Both the position numbers and the translations under genes were made by a program. Source: Sphyrna mokarran (taxonomy: Eukaryota). Taken from it: a stretch of 64,000 bases of DNA. The notes beneath the pieces were generated by a model. It saw only the letters and a program-made list of their open reading frames with translations. It made no database searches and was not told the DNA's origin. The stretch lies in assembly GCA_024679065.1 (NCBI GenBank), contig JAGIQG010000018.1:21266001-21330000 (forward strand). Reading direction: 5' to 3'. Positions 1 through 11,930 of the stretch are shown in pieces (the first letter of the stretch is position 1; every line of letters begins with the position of its first letter).

Positions 1-586
1 GTCTTAATGGGACTGTTTTTCCTTCTTGTAGCTATGAAAAGCTTCTCACTGGCTTTATTTGGAAAGGGATTTATCAAAATCCAGAGTACAGAAAACCTGA
101 AAAGTTAAATGTAAACGACAAAGGCAAACTCAGTCATAAAATATGTGGCAAAGAAGGGTGCAGTGCTCAATTTCCTCTTGTAAAGTAAGACAAGAAATTG
201 GCTCAAGGGACAGCCATTTGATAAATTGTGAAATGAAAGATATCAAAATATTGCACACAGCAGAAGGGACAAGTGCTTTGATAAAGTTGTTGAAGTAAAA
301 GGGACCAATCAGAAAAAAAAATAGTGCTGCATGATAAACAAATTTAAATCATTGATATGAAGCCACGAGAAGGGCACAGAGTTCAGAGAAACCACTGAGT
401 TAAAGGAAAACCTGTCAGAGCCATTAGCAACAGCACCAAAAGATCTGAGAGTAAACTGGATCACCACAAATATATCTTTAATGGGAGCTTGTTCGGAAAT
501 TGTGGTGTCAGTCTTTGTTAGAGGTTTTGGAAGTGTTTACAGCAATAGCAAATGGCTCAAAGTATCTGAGCAGAGTTCCTGAAATT

Positions 587-889
587 CATAGAATCCCTAC
601 AGTGCAGAAGGAAGTCATTTGGCCCACTGAATCTGCACCGACCACAATATCACTCAGGCGCTATCCCCATAGCCCCATATACTTACCCTGCTTATCCTCC
701 TGACACTCAAGGTCAATTCATCATTGCCACTTTGCTTAACTTGCACATCTTTGGAGTGTGGGAGGAAACCACAGTACCTGGAGGAAACCCATGCAGACAC
801 AGGGAGAATGTGCAAACTCTATAGACAGTCACTTCAGGCTGTAATTGAACTGGTCCCTGGCACTGTGGGGCAGCAATGCTAACCAACTG
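587..889 (-). mobile_element. tRNA-derived V-SINE (HE1-like)
   Basis: Reverse complement shows a tRNA-like head, the V-domain core (TTTGCACATTCTCCCTGTGTCTGCATGGGTTTCCTCC...TTTCCTCCCACA) and a CR1-type tail (CTGCACTGTAGGGATTCTATG). Five further copies occur in the window. Confidence 0.85.
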
Positions 890-1381
890 AAGTCCACAGA
901 CAAGCAACAAGACTGCTAATGGAATAGTCATGACATAAACTACAGAACCATTCATGATTTAAGACTAGAACCTTCAAGGGTGATGAATAATTTTGGAAGT
1001 AAACTTATAAATACTTATTCCCCTTCCCAGGTCATCTGGTAACATTGAAAGCTTGGTATTCAAGAAATGTGCTGACTAATGTAGTATTGAACTTTTACAC
1101 ATTTTTAGATAGGTTTGACAAACACAATAACCCTTTTTCTCATCTGTAATTCATTTTCTAACATTGAGTCAATTTGTGCTTCTGATTCTGCAGTGCTTTA
1201 TAAATCTTTGATTTTCTTTTAATGCAACATAGGAAGAGCTTTCCTCTGAAAATGTCTGTGCTGAAGCAAAGGTTGGAATTAATCTATCTCTGTTATTTTG
1301 TTTTGTGATTAGAGCATGTGTCATGTAGGTTTGATGTTTATCGGAAACATTTTATCTTCCCTTTCCTTTCCAAAGAATATG

Positions 1382-2460
1382 TTCACAGAATCTCAGAATT
1401 TTTACAGTGCAGGTGACCATTTGATCCATTTTGTCTGTGCTGATCTGCAAAAGAGCATCTTAGTGCTATTTCCCTACCTTTTCCCTATACTATTGCACAT
1501 TGTTTCTATTCATGTAATGCCCTCTTGAATGCCTCAATTGAACCTGCCTCCATCACACTTCCAGGCAGTGCATTCCAGACCTGAACACTCGATATGTGGA
1601 AAAAGATGTTTCTCACCTTACATTTGCTTCTTTTGCAAAACACTTTAAATCTGAGCCCTTTTGTTTTTGATCTTATTACAAATGGGAAATCTTTCTCCCT
1701 GTCTACTCTATCCAGCTCCCTCATGATTTTGAACTCTATGTCAAATCACCCCTTCACCTTATTTTCTCCGAGGAGAACAATCACAACCTCTCCAATTTAC
1801 CTTCATGTCTGAAGTTTCTCATCTCTGGAGCCAATCTTGCAAACCTCTTCTGCACTCTATCCAATGATTCACATCCTTCCTGTAGTGTGACACACAGAAC
1901 TGTAGACAATATTCCAGCTGAGGTCAATTTAGTGTCTTGTTTAAGTTCAGCATAACCTTCAATTCTATGTTTTAGAACTGCCCTCTCTATCTGCCCTGCC
2001 ACCTTCAATAATCTATGCATATATATACCCAGGTCCCTCTGGTCCTGTACTCCTTTAAAAAATTTATTCCTTGTTTTGTATTGTCTCTTCCATATTCTTC
2101 CTACCAAAATGTATCACCTCACATTTAACTGCATTGAACTTTATCTGTCACCTTTCTGCCTACTCACTTTCTGCCTACTACCTGTTCTATGTACTCCACC
2201 AACTTGATTATGTCCTTTTGAAGTTCTACACTGTCCTCTCAATACTTCACCTTGGGTTAAATGCTGTTCCATAAGCATTGTAATTGTCCCCCATGCACCA
2301 AGATCTAGATCATTAATGTATATAAGGAAAAGCTGGGGTCCTGATGCCAACCCCTGGAGAATACCACTACAAACTTTCCTCCTGAAAAATACCATTAACT
2401 CTCTGCTTCCTATTAGTCATCCACATTACTGCCGTCCCTTTTGTTCCATGTTGTTCCATC
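1382..2460 (-). mobile_element. Decayed CR1-type LINE, 3' part
   Basis: ORF remnants SGILQG..GPQLFLIYINDLD, QRDLGIYMH, LDRVQKRFARL and VWNALPGSVMEA are typical of the CR1 ORF2 RT and C-terminus. Confidence 0.85.
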
Positions 2461-2539
2461 CCAAATCCACAGACATCTTTCCAACAGGTCCCTGTTTGAA
2501 TCTCTCAAATTAGCTCTCCACATCTCCCACAGCATCAGA

Positions 2540-3290
2540 ATGGCCTAAACCAAAATCACAAAGGGCATTCTCTGTGACTGTGATCGTGATATATGTGTAA
2601 GTTGTTACTTTCTCTCTTCAGCATTTGACACTGCAAACCACATTATCCTCCTTCAGAGGGATGTTCTTCAGTTGATTTACATTTGTTTCATTATTATTGC
2701 AAATACAGAATTTCCATCAATGATTTTTCTTTGAACTATCTCCTCTTTGTCACATTCATGCTTTTTGTGGCAATGTCAGCTTCCCCATGTACACTAATCA
2801 CACCTGACACAACCTTTCTATCGACTCGCTTGCCTCCTTCAACTATCCTGCATTAATCCCCAGTCATCCATCACTCTGAATGCTCATCTATGCAAGTTTC
2901 TGAATCCCTGATGCCTTAAATTTTCATCAGTGTTTAAATCACTCAATGACATAACTTCCCCTTTCTCCAGAATGTCCTCCAGAACCAAAAAATCCACTCT
3001 ACCTTCCCTATCCATTTCCCCAAACCCATTATTCCCCTGAAGTCAGTCTCCCATTTATACTTCTCCCCTTCACTTCATGCCCTGCAATTTCCTCCCTTAA
3101 CCCTTCTGCCCTCAAGTTCTCTCTCCTCCTTTAATATCCTCCTTAAACACACCTCTTTAACTGTACCTGTGACCTCTCTTAATTTTTCCTTCTGTGGCTT
3201 AATGTCCATATTTGTTGCTTATGCTTCTACAAATCACTTTAAGATGTCTTTCAACATTAAATATGATATATAAATGCAATTTATTGTTGT
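2540..3290 (+). mobile_element. Old L2-like LINE fragment
   Basis: Degenerate SAFDT.NH.ILL motif near 2620 and an L2-like 3' tail (TATATAAATGCAATTTATTGTTG) near 3270. Confidence 0.55.
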
Positions 3291-3799
3291 ACTGGTCCTG
3301 CAAGTTTGTACCAATATGATCATTCAACTTGGAAGCAGCTTAACAAAAATCACCTTTTCCATGGAAATGGTACAAATTTTTACAGGGAACTTGATACCTA
3401 TTTTCAGTATCTGTAGTACAGCATTAGCTGTACGCTGCCTCATTTATAATTTGCTCCTTCAAGTTAAGGAGTCTGCAGCTAATAGTAAATTGAACCATTA
3501 TGTAGGATAAAATACTATATGTAATAAAACTACCAGTTGACCTCAAAGAGAAAACCAGCCAACATTTCGACTCATGATTACTATTCGTGGACTGCATTCA
3601 GTTTCTGCCTGTGCAGTAGACCTGCAATGTTAGCACCCATCGTTGAATAGCCTGTTATCACTCCCTTTCATGTAGGCACAGTCTACTTTGGTATTTGAGG
3701 ACTTGAGTGGTCTGAACCTTATGGGATCATCAGTGAATATCCCTACTTCTGATCTTATGATGGAAGGAATTATCTAACTGTCGGCATTGATTTCAAGTC

Positions 3800-6700
3800 A
3801 ATCAGCGCTGTAAGAGTTCAGCATGATAGTGTCTTAGACCCAGCCATCTTCAGCTGCTTCATCAATGATCTTCTCTCTTCATAAAGTCAGAAGTGAGAAG
3901 TTTGCTGATGATTGCAAAATGTTTTTTTACCATTCACAACTCCTCAGATGCTAGAATAGCCACTGTCTCTATGTAGCAAGACCCGCACAACATTCAGACT
4001 TGAGCTGATAAATGGTAAGTAACATCTATAACAAAAATACCAGACAATTATCGTGTCCATAAAGATACAATAATCTAACCTTTTCCCATCATGTTAAATG
4101 GTATTATTGTTGCTGAATCCCCACTTCAACAATCTCGGGATTATCATTGACCAGAAGTTGAACTGGACCAGCCATATAAATACTGCAGCTACAGGAGCAG
4201 GTCAGAGGCTGAAAGCTTTGCAGTGAGTGACCCACCTGCTGTCTCCCCATTTACATGGCATGTTAAGAATGTTATAGGATACTCCTCAACCTTTTGCCTG
4301 AATGTGTGCAACTCCAATAACACTCAAGAAATTTGACACTCTCCAGGACAAAGCAGCCCACTTCATTGGCACTCTATATACCACCTTCAACTTCACTTCC
4401 TTCACCACGGATGTGTTTCGGCAGCAGTGTGTATGATCCATAAGGTGCACTGCCTCAATTCATCAAAACTCTTTCAAGAACATCTTCCAAACTCTCAACC
4501 TCTTTTTTACTCACAGGGTAGTAAGAGCGTGGAATACAAAGAACAAAACAGCACGGGAAACAGGCCCTTCGGCCCAACAAGCCCGCACTGCCACCCTGAT
4601 GTTCCCGTCTCTACCCGTGATCCCTGTCTATGTTTATAGATCTATGGATTAAAAACCAAATTTGAGACAATTTAGGGAGAACTTGTTTTGCCAGTTAGCC
4701 TAAGAGCACATCTTTGGGATGTGGGAGGAAACCGGAGCACCCTGAGAAAACCCACGCAAGCACAGGAAGAATGCGCAGACACAGAAGAATCCCACAGACA
4801 CAGGCCCAAATCCATGTATCTGCACAGTACAGTGATAGTCACTGAGCTGTCATGTTGTCCATCAAATGGTCCAGGTCAAGCGTACACTAACAACGTGAAG
4901 CACTAGGATACTTTCAAAAAAAAAATCCAAGAACAGCCCTCTCATGACCCATCATGTGTATGCCCCTTGTTAGACAACAAGGTGGACCAAAGCACCTGCA
5001 GGATAAAAACAAGTACATCAATATCATCATCTATTTACACACTTCCCAGAGACTCCTAAGGCTCATGATCCCTATTTTAAATCAGTTTTCTATACCCCTC
5101 CATTCCCATTCTGTTCATGTGTCCATCTAAGTATTTCTTAAATAACTCCAGAGTACCTGCTTCCACCACTTTACTTGGCAGCACATTCCATACCCCCACC
5201 ACCCTCTGTGTGAAAAACTCCCTCCAGCATCCAAATTATACCTTACCCCCCTCATCCTAAGCCCGTGACCCCTTGTGCTATTTGAGTCCATCTTCGGAAA
5301 AAACTTAACCCTGTTTACTCTGTCTATACCCCTCAAAATCTTGTACACCTCTATTAGATCTCCTCTAAGTCTACGTCTTTCTAAGGAAAACAGTCCCAAT
5401 TTGCCTAACCTCTCCTCATAACTCAGATCTTCCATACCAGGCAGCATCCTGGTAAACTTCCTCTGCACTCTCTCCAGAGTCTCCACATCCTTCCGGAAGT
5501 AAGGCAACCAGAACTGGATGCAGTATTCCAAATGAGGTCTAACCAACGTTTTATACAACTGCAACATTAAAGGCCAGCTCTTGTACACTATACCCCTTCC
5601 TTTAAAGGCTAGCATACAATATGCTTTCCTCACAACCTTCTCCACCTGCTCTGCCACCTTCAGAGACTTGTGCACCTGCACCCCCAGGTCTCTCTGCGTT
5701 TCTGTGCTCTTAATAGGTCTACCCTTTATCATATACCTGTACCCTACATTCTTTCTCCTGAAATGCATCACCTCGCATTTATCAGGATTGAATTCCATCT
5801 GCCATCTATCTGCTGAAGCTACCAACCTGTCTATGTCCTGCTGCATTGCCTGACAATGCTTGTCACTATGGGCAAGTCCAGCCATCTTTGTATTGTCTGC
5901 AAACGTGCTGATCACTCCACTTACTCCCTCTTCCAAGTCATTTATATATATTACAAATAGAAGTCCCAGTACCGAGCCCTGTGACCAAGTTCCAGCTAGA
6001 AAAACACCCTTCCACTATTACTCTGTCTCTTTACTAAGCAAGTTACTTATCCATCTAGCTACTTGTCCTTGTATCCCATTAGCCTTGACCTTCTCAACTA
6101 ACCTCCCATGAGGGACTTTGTCAAACGCCTTACTGAAATCCACATAGATGACATCAACGGCTTGCCCTTTGTCAACCGTTTTCGTCACCTCCTCAAAAAA
6201 TTCTACCAGATTTGTAAGGCACGACCTTCCCTTAACAAAGCCATGCTGCGTATCCCTAATCAGATCGCAACGCTCTAAGTGCCTATACGTCCTATCTCTA
6301 AGAATCCCCTCCAACAGCTTCCCTACCACTGACGTCAGACTCACCGGCCTATAATCCCTAGGTTATCACTACTACCCTTTTTAAACATCAAATGCCCTAC
6401 CTACAGCAGTTGGTCACTCGCCAGCTTTGAGGGCGTTCAAATGGTCAGTGGATAGGCATATGGATAACTTTGTAATAGTTTAAGTTAGAGGGTCATTAGA
6501 TTGGTTCCACTTGTCGGCACAACATTGAGGGCGAAAGGGCCTGTACTGCACTGTTATATTGTATGTATCACCTGGAATTACAAGGCCAACAGATACATGG
6601 TAACACTATCACCTTCAAGTTCTGCTCCAAGCAACACACATTCCTCATTTTGAACCAAATAATATTCCTTCACTATCACTGGGTCAAAATCTTGAAACTT

Positions 6701-6835
6701 CCCAACTGTATTGTGAATGCATACCTGCATCATATGAACTGCAGCAGTTTAGGAAGGCAGCTTATCACCATCTTCTCGAGGACAATTCAGGTTGGGCACT
6801 AAATGCTGGCCTGGGCAGTGACACACAATTTTTAA
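3800..6835 (+). mobile_element. Old CR1/L2-clade LINE (3800-4500, resuming 6568-6835) split by younger insertions
   Basis: RT remnants (SCFINDL, FADDC) and a 3' end TAAATGCTGGCC shared with copies near 9890, 28400 and 52210. Confidence 0.7.
4535..6388 (-). mobile_element. Young 5'-truncated CR1 LINE with long 3' UTR
   Basis: ORFs 6018-6344 (QHGFVKGRSCLTNL, DFSKAFDKVPH) and 5127-5936 (STFADNTK, LVRPHLEYC, LFSLERRRLRGDL); tail near 4535. Confidence 0.95.
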
Positions 6836-7281
6836 AAATGCTATTTGCCATAATCACTCTATGTTATAGCAAGTTCTACATTCTAGCAATTCGTTGGGTA
6901 AAGTCACTTATGATTTCCCTATTTTGTTTGAGTGGCTATCATATTTATGATCTCCAGTTCGAATTAAAGAAAACATTTCACTTCTACTTTATAAAATCTA
7001 TTCAATTTGTGAATATGTAAACTAACAAAATTGATGAGCAGGAAAAGATCAACTGCTCCATTAAGCTCTTCCCACAATTTGAGAGTGCGTCGCAACTTGA
7101 TGTATCTTTCGTACCCTCCACGCAACAGCTAAGTAATCTGATACAGGAAAATAGTCATGAATAAGATTCAAAGAAACAAAAGACATTCCAAAATAGAGGT
7201 GCTAAATCATTGGGGATGTGAGTACTTGATGTGTTTAATCGATCAATGGCTATAATTTTCTTTCTCTTTGCTTTCTAACAG

Positions 7282-7837
7282 GAACATCCCGGAGGAGAAG
7301 CTGAAAATAAGAACTATGTTTGAAGGTACATCTGTCAATGGAGCAAAAGTAGCAGTAACCTCAATGGATGGAGCTGGTTTAGAAGCTGAGCAGAAGAAAA
7401 GCAGGGCCCGTGAGCGTAGAAAAGAAGGGCGTTCAAGAACATTTGATTGGGCAGAATTTCGTCCCACGCAACAAGTACCTAGTGTCGGATATGTTCACAG
7501 ACCCACTTCCCTGTACCTTAGGACTATGACTAATTCTGAAACAGATTCTGAGGAATTGGAAAGGGACCGTGCACGACGGCGAGAGGAGAGACGTAAACGA
7601 TTTGAGACAACAGATGCTTCTTTTTCCTTGGGTTACAAGGATGTGAACAGGATGGAGGTGGATGGGGCCACCACATCCCCGGGAGCTAAAAATGTTGATG
7701 TTGAAATTGAGCATAGATGGCAACAGGTGGAATGTACACCATTGCGGGAGGAGAAACAAGTTCCAATCCTCACTACACCGACCTCTAGTGAAGGACAGTC
7801 CTCTGCTCGGGACCTGCCATTAATACTGGACAAGAAG
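7282..7837 (+). CDS. MPRIP: MPRIP internal exon (after PH domain 2); upstream exons lie outside the window
   Basis: ag|GAACATC ... AAGAAG|gtaagg. Peptide EQKKSRARERRKEGRSRTFDWAEFRP and VEIEHRWQQVECTPLREEKQVPI matches my recall of MPRIP. Phase 0 end. Confidence 0.95.
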
Positions 7838-8106
7838 GTAAGGACGGACCAATCATGTAAGACTTTGTAACTGATTTTTCAGTTATTTGTGGAAACAGAA
7901 AATATTTAGATATGTAAAATTAGAACAATATTCCACCTTTATTAATGCCTTAGAATGTAAGAAACCTTTGAAAAAAGGCCATCTTTTTAACTTCTCACCC
8001 TAACTCTCAAGGTTCTGTAAATGATCCAAGCTCTTTTCACTTCTAACATGTTACTCAATCTAACATGTACGTTAATTGCTTTTAGTTCCTGTGAGGTACG
8101 AAAAAT

Positions 8107-8373
8107 TCACAGAATCCCTACAGTACAGAGGCTATTCAGCCCATCGAGTCTGTACTGACCACAACCCCACACATTTACTCTGCTAATCTCCTTGACATTA
8201 AGGGTCAATTTAGCATGGCCAGTCAACCTAACCCACACATCATTGGACCGTGGGAGGAAACCACAGCATCTGGAGAAAACCCACGCAGACACAGGGAGGA
8301 AGTGCAAATTCCACACAGACAGTGACCTGAGTCCCTTGTGCTGTGAGGCAGCAGTGCTTACCATTGTGCCGCC
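8107..8373 (-). mobile_element. V-SINE (HE1-like)
   Basis: Head GGCGGCACAATGGTAAGCACTGCTGCCTCACAGC, V-domain and CR1-like tail on the reverse strand. Confidence 0.85.
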
Positions 8374-9887
8374 TTGGGATTTCTGGGATGTTATTTGTAT
8401 CCTCTACAGTATAGGCCAATGCAAAATACCTGTTCAATTCCTCTGCCATCTCCTTATTTCCTTGTATTAATTCCCCAGCCTCACTTATTCTTTTTCAAAT
8501 GTCTATAGAAAATTTTACCATTTGCTTTTATGTTTCTCACTAATTTTATTTCATATTCTAATTTTTCTTTCCTTATTAATCTTCTAGTCATTCTTTGTTT
8601 TTTTATATTCTGTCAAATCTTTTGATTTGCCACGCAGTTTTATGCAATTGTATGTTTTCCCTTTAAGTTTGACACTATAATTAGCTTTTTTATAGTTAAT
8701 TACAGATGATGGACTCTCCCCTTGGAATGTTTCCTTCTCTTATCATATTTCTATTCTGTGAATTCAGAAATATTCCCTTCAATGTCTATCACAGCAAATC
8801 TATGGACCTTAACCTAATTTCCCAATTCACTTTACCTAGCTCTGCTTTCATGTCCTCATAATTGTCCTTTTTTAAATTTAAAATTACTAGTCTTGGACCC
8901 ATTACTTCTTCCTGAAATTGATCTTAAATTCAATTATATAACGTTTGCTGCTTCTTTTATATTTAAGTGGCTGTATGATTCTTTTAACAACTGGTGATAT
9001 GGTTTGTGGTGATGTCATTAGGGTGTTACACATTCTGCTGTTTAGTTTTAATTTGTACTATATATAGGAAAAAGCATGTAGAATAAATATGTCATTGTTA
9101 GTTTGAATCTACATGTCTAAACCACATATTTTCTTTTTGTTTAAAATGCACAACCCCTAACATAATTAAGATATTACAAAAATAAAATCAGTGATGTGTC
9201 AAAATTTTATTTCATTGAGAACATTGAAAAATATCCTGAGTACAGGAAAAAAGACATTGTGAGTCTTCAAACTTCAAATATTAGAAAGCTGGGGAAGAAG
9301 CAACAATAGGATTAAAGATTGAATTGCCATAAATGAATGCTAAGTAAGAAATAAAAAGGTGGATGTACTTTGTATGCTTCTAATAGAGAGGATAAAAGGG
9401 TAAATAATGGAAAGACTGTAAAATGCTCAGCAGTCTCGAGTCATTCGTGCCTGCAAGAGAAATGACAAGTCAAATCGGTTCTATGAGCCCTTTCAATTAA
9501 GAAAATGAATCATAGAGTTCCTGTGCAATACATTTTCAGTACTTTGTACAAGCAAACAAAATTGCAAACGAATTGCTGTAACCAGCTATTCTCAAAACAA
9601 TTGGAAATATCGTCAATTTGTTCTGGAACTTAGTTCATGCAGCAAAGTCAGGAACTAAAACTGATGATGACTTGACAAAGATCTTTGAAGAGCATTACTA
9701 TCCAAAGTCACTGATCATTACAGAACAGTTCAGGCTCCATTCGAAGAAATCAAATGGAAGGCAATAGCATTGCAGAGTTTAAGGCAACCTTAAAAAGGCT
9801 GGCACAACATGTGGGTTTGGTCATTAGAAGATTCTCCTCGAAATTGTTTAATTTATGGTCTCCAAATATCCAAAGAAGATTGCTTAC

Positions 9888-11930
9888 TTTTTTGTATTCA
9901 TTTGTGGGATATGGGCATCGCTGGCTGGCCAGCATTTATTGCTTAAACCTCGTTACCTTTGAGAAAGTGGTGGTGAGCTGCTTCCTTGAATCGCTGCAGT
10001 CCATATGCTGTGGATTAATCCACAGTGCCATTTGGGAGGGAATTCCAGGACTTTGACCCCATTGACTGCGAAGGAATGGCAATTTATTTCCAAGTCAAGA
10101 TGGTGAGTGGCTTGGAGGGGAACTTGCAGATGATACTGTTCCTTTGTATCTCCTGTCCTTGTCTTTCCAAATGGAAGTGGTTGTAGATTTGGAAGATGCT
10201 GCCTAAATAAGGATCTATGGTAAATTTCTGCTTAGCACCTTGTGGAGAGTACACACTGCTGCTACTGAGCATTGGTGGTGGAGGGACTGAATGTTTACAG
10301 ATGTGGTGCCAGTCAAGTGGGTTGCTTTATCCTGGATAGTGTCAAGCTTCTTGAGTATTGTTGGAGCTGCACCCATCCAGTCAAGTGGGAAGTTTCCCAT
10401 CACAATCCTGACTTGTGGTTTGTAGACATTGGATAGGCTTTGGGGAATCAGGAGGTGAGTTACTTGTCACAGGATTCCTAGCCTCTGACTTATTCTTTGA
10501 GTCATTATGTTTATGTGGCAAGTCCAGTTGAGCTTTGGGTCAATAGTAACCCCAAGGATGTTGACAACGGGGGATTCAGTGATGGTAGCACCATTGAATG
10601 TCAAGGAGAAGTGATTAGAATGTTTCTTATTGGCGATGACCATTGCCTGGTGTTTGTGTGGCATGAATGTTACTTGCCACTTGTCAGCACAAGCCTGAAT
10701 ATTGTCCAGATGTTGTTGCATTTGAACATGGACTGCTTTGGTATCTGGGAAGTTGTGAATAGTGCAGAACATGAATACTTTTCACTGTCTGTTAATACAT
10801 GTGACAGTAATAAATCAAATCAAAATCAACACTACGCATTCATCAGTGAACATCCCTATTTCTGACTTTATGGCAGAGGAGAGGTTATTGATGAAGCAGC
10901 TGATGATTGGGTCTAGGACACTACCCTGAGGAACTCCTGCAGAGCTGTCCTGGAACTGAGATGACTGCCTCCCCCTTCCAAACAGCACAATTGTCTTCCT
11001 TTGTGCTAAATATGATTCCAATCAGTAGAGAGTTTGCTCACTGATATCCATTGATTCCAGTTTCGTTAGGATTCCTTGATGCCACACTTGGTCAAATGTA
11101 ACCTTGACATCAAGGGCTGTCACTCTCACTATACCTCTGGAATTCAGCTCTTTTGTCCATGTTTGAACCAAGTCTGTAGTGAGGTCAGCAGCTGAGTGAC
11201 CCTGGTGAAACCCAACTGGGCTTCACTGAGCAGGTTATTGTTGAGGAGGTACGTTTGATAGCACTATTGATGACCTCTTCCATCAATTTTCTGATGATCG
11301 AGAATAGACTTGATGGGATGGTAATTGGCTAGGTTGGATTTGTCCTGCTTTTTGTGTAGAGTAAGAAGTCTGACAACACCAATTTATTTGATAGTAAATT
11401 CACAAGCTTTCGAGGTTTCCCTCTACGTCAGGTGAATGAAGAGTTCTAGCCTCAGACAGAGCATATAACAGCACAGACAATTAACAGATTACTGATTAGA
11501 ATGCAAATCTTTACACCTGCTATTCAAGTCTTAAAGTGGCTAACAGTGTGAGTGGACGGAGCACTGAGCACAGGTTAAAGAGATGTGTATTGTCTCCAGA
11601 CAATACAGTAACTGAGGTTTTGCAAACCCAGGCAAGTCATGGGGGTTACAGATGGGTTCATATCGCACTAAGATCCCTGTTTGTGTACAGGACATACCAT
11701 AGCAATTGTCCACATTGATGGCAAGTTCTAAAGCACAAGTCTTCAATACTTTTGCCGGAATGTTGTCAGGGTCCATTGCTTTTGCAGTATCCAGTGGCAC
11801 CAATTGTTTCTTGATATCACATGGAGTGAATCGAATTGGGTGGAGGCTGGCATCTGAGATGCTGGAGGAGGCCCAGATGAATCATCCACTTGGCACTTCT
11901 GGCTGAATATTGCTGCAAATGCTTCAACTT
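9888..11930 (-). mobile_element. CR1/L2-clade LINE inserted in the Gypsy element
   Basis: ORF remnants SAGVPQGSVLDP, WQVTFMPHK, ILGVTIDPKLNW and LDTAKAMDPDNIPAKVLK. Confidence 0.85.
11360..11660 (-). mobile_element. Penelope-like terminal repeat fragment containing a minimal hammerhead motif
   Basis: Same terminal sequence as the Penelope element at 50531-52175 (GTAAGAAGTC..ACAACACC..TTTATTTG). Confidence 0.75.

Noticed and set aside
1-7281. Upstream MPRIP PH-domain exons
   Set aside because: No matching peptide was found. The region appears intronic and its short ORFs derive from repeats.
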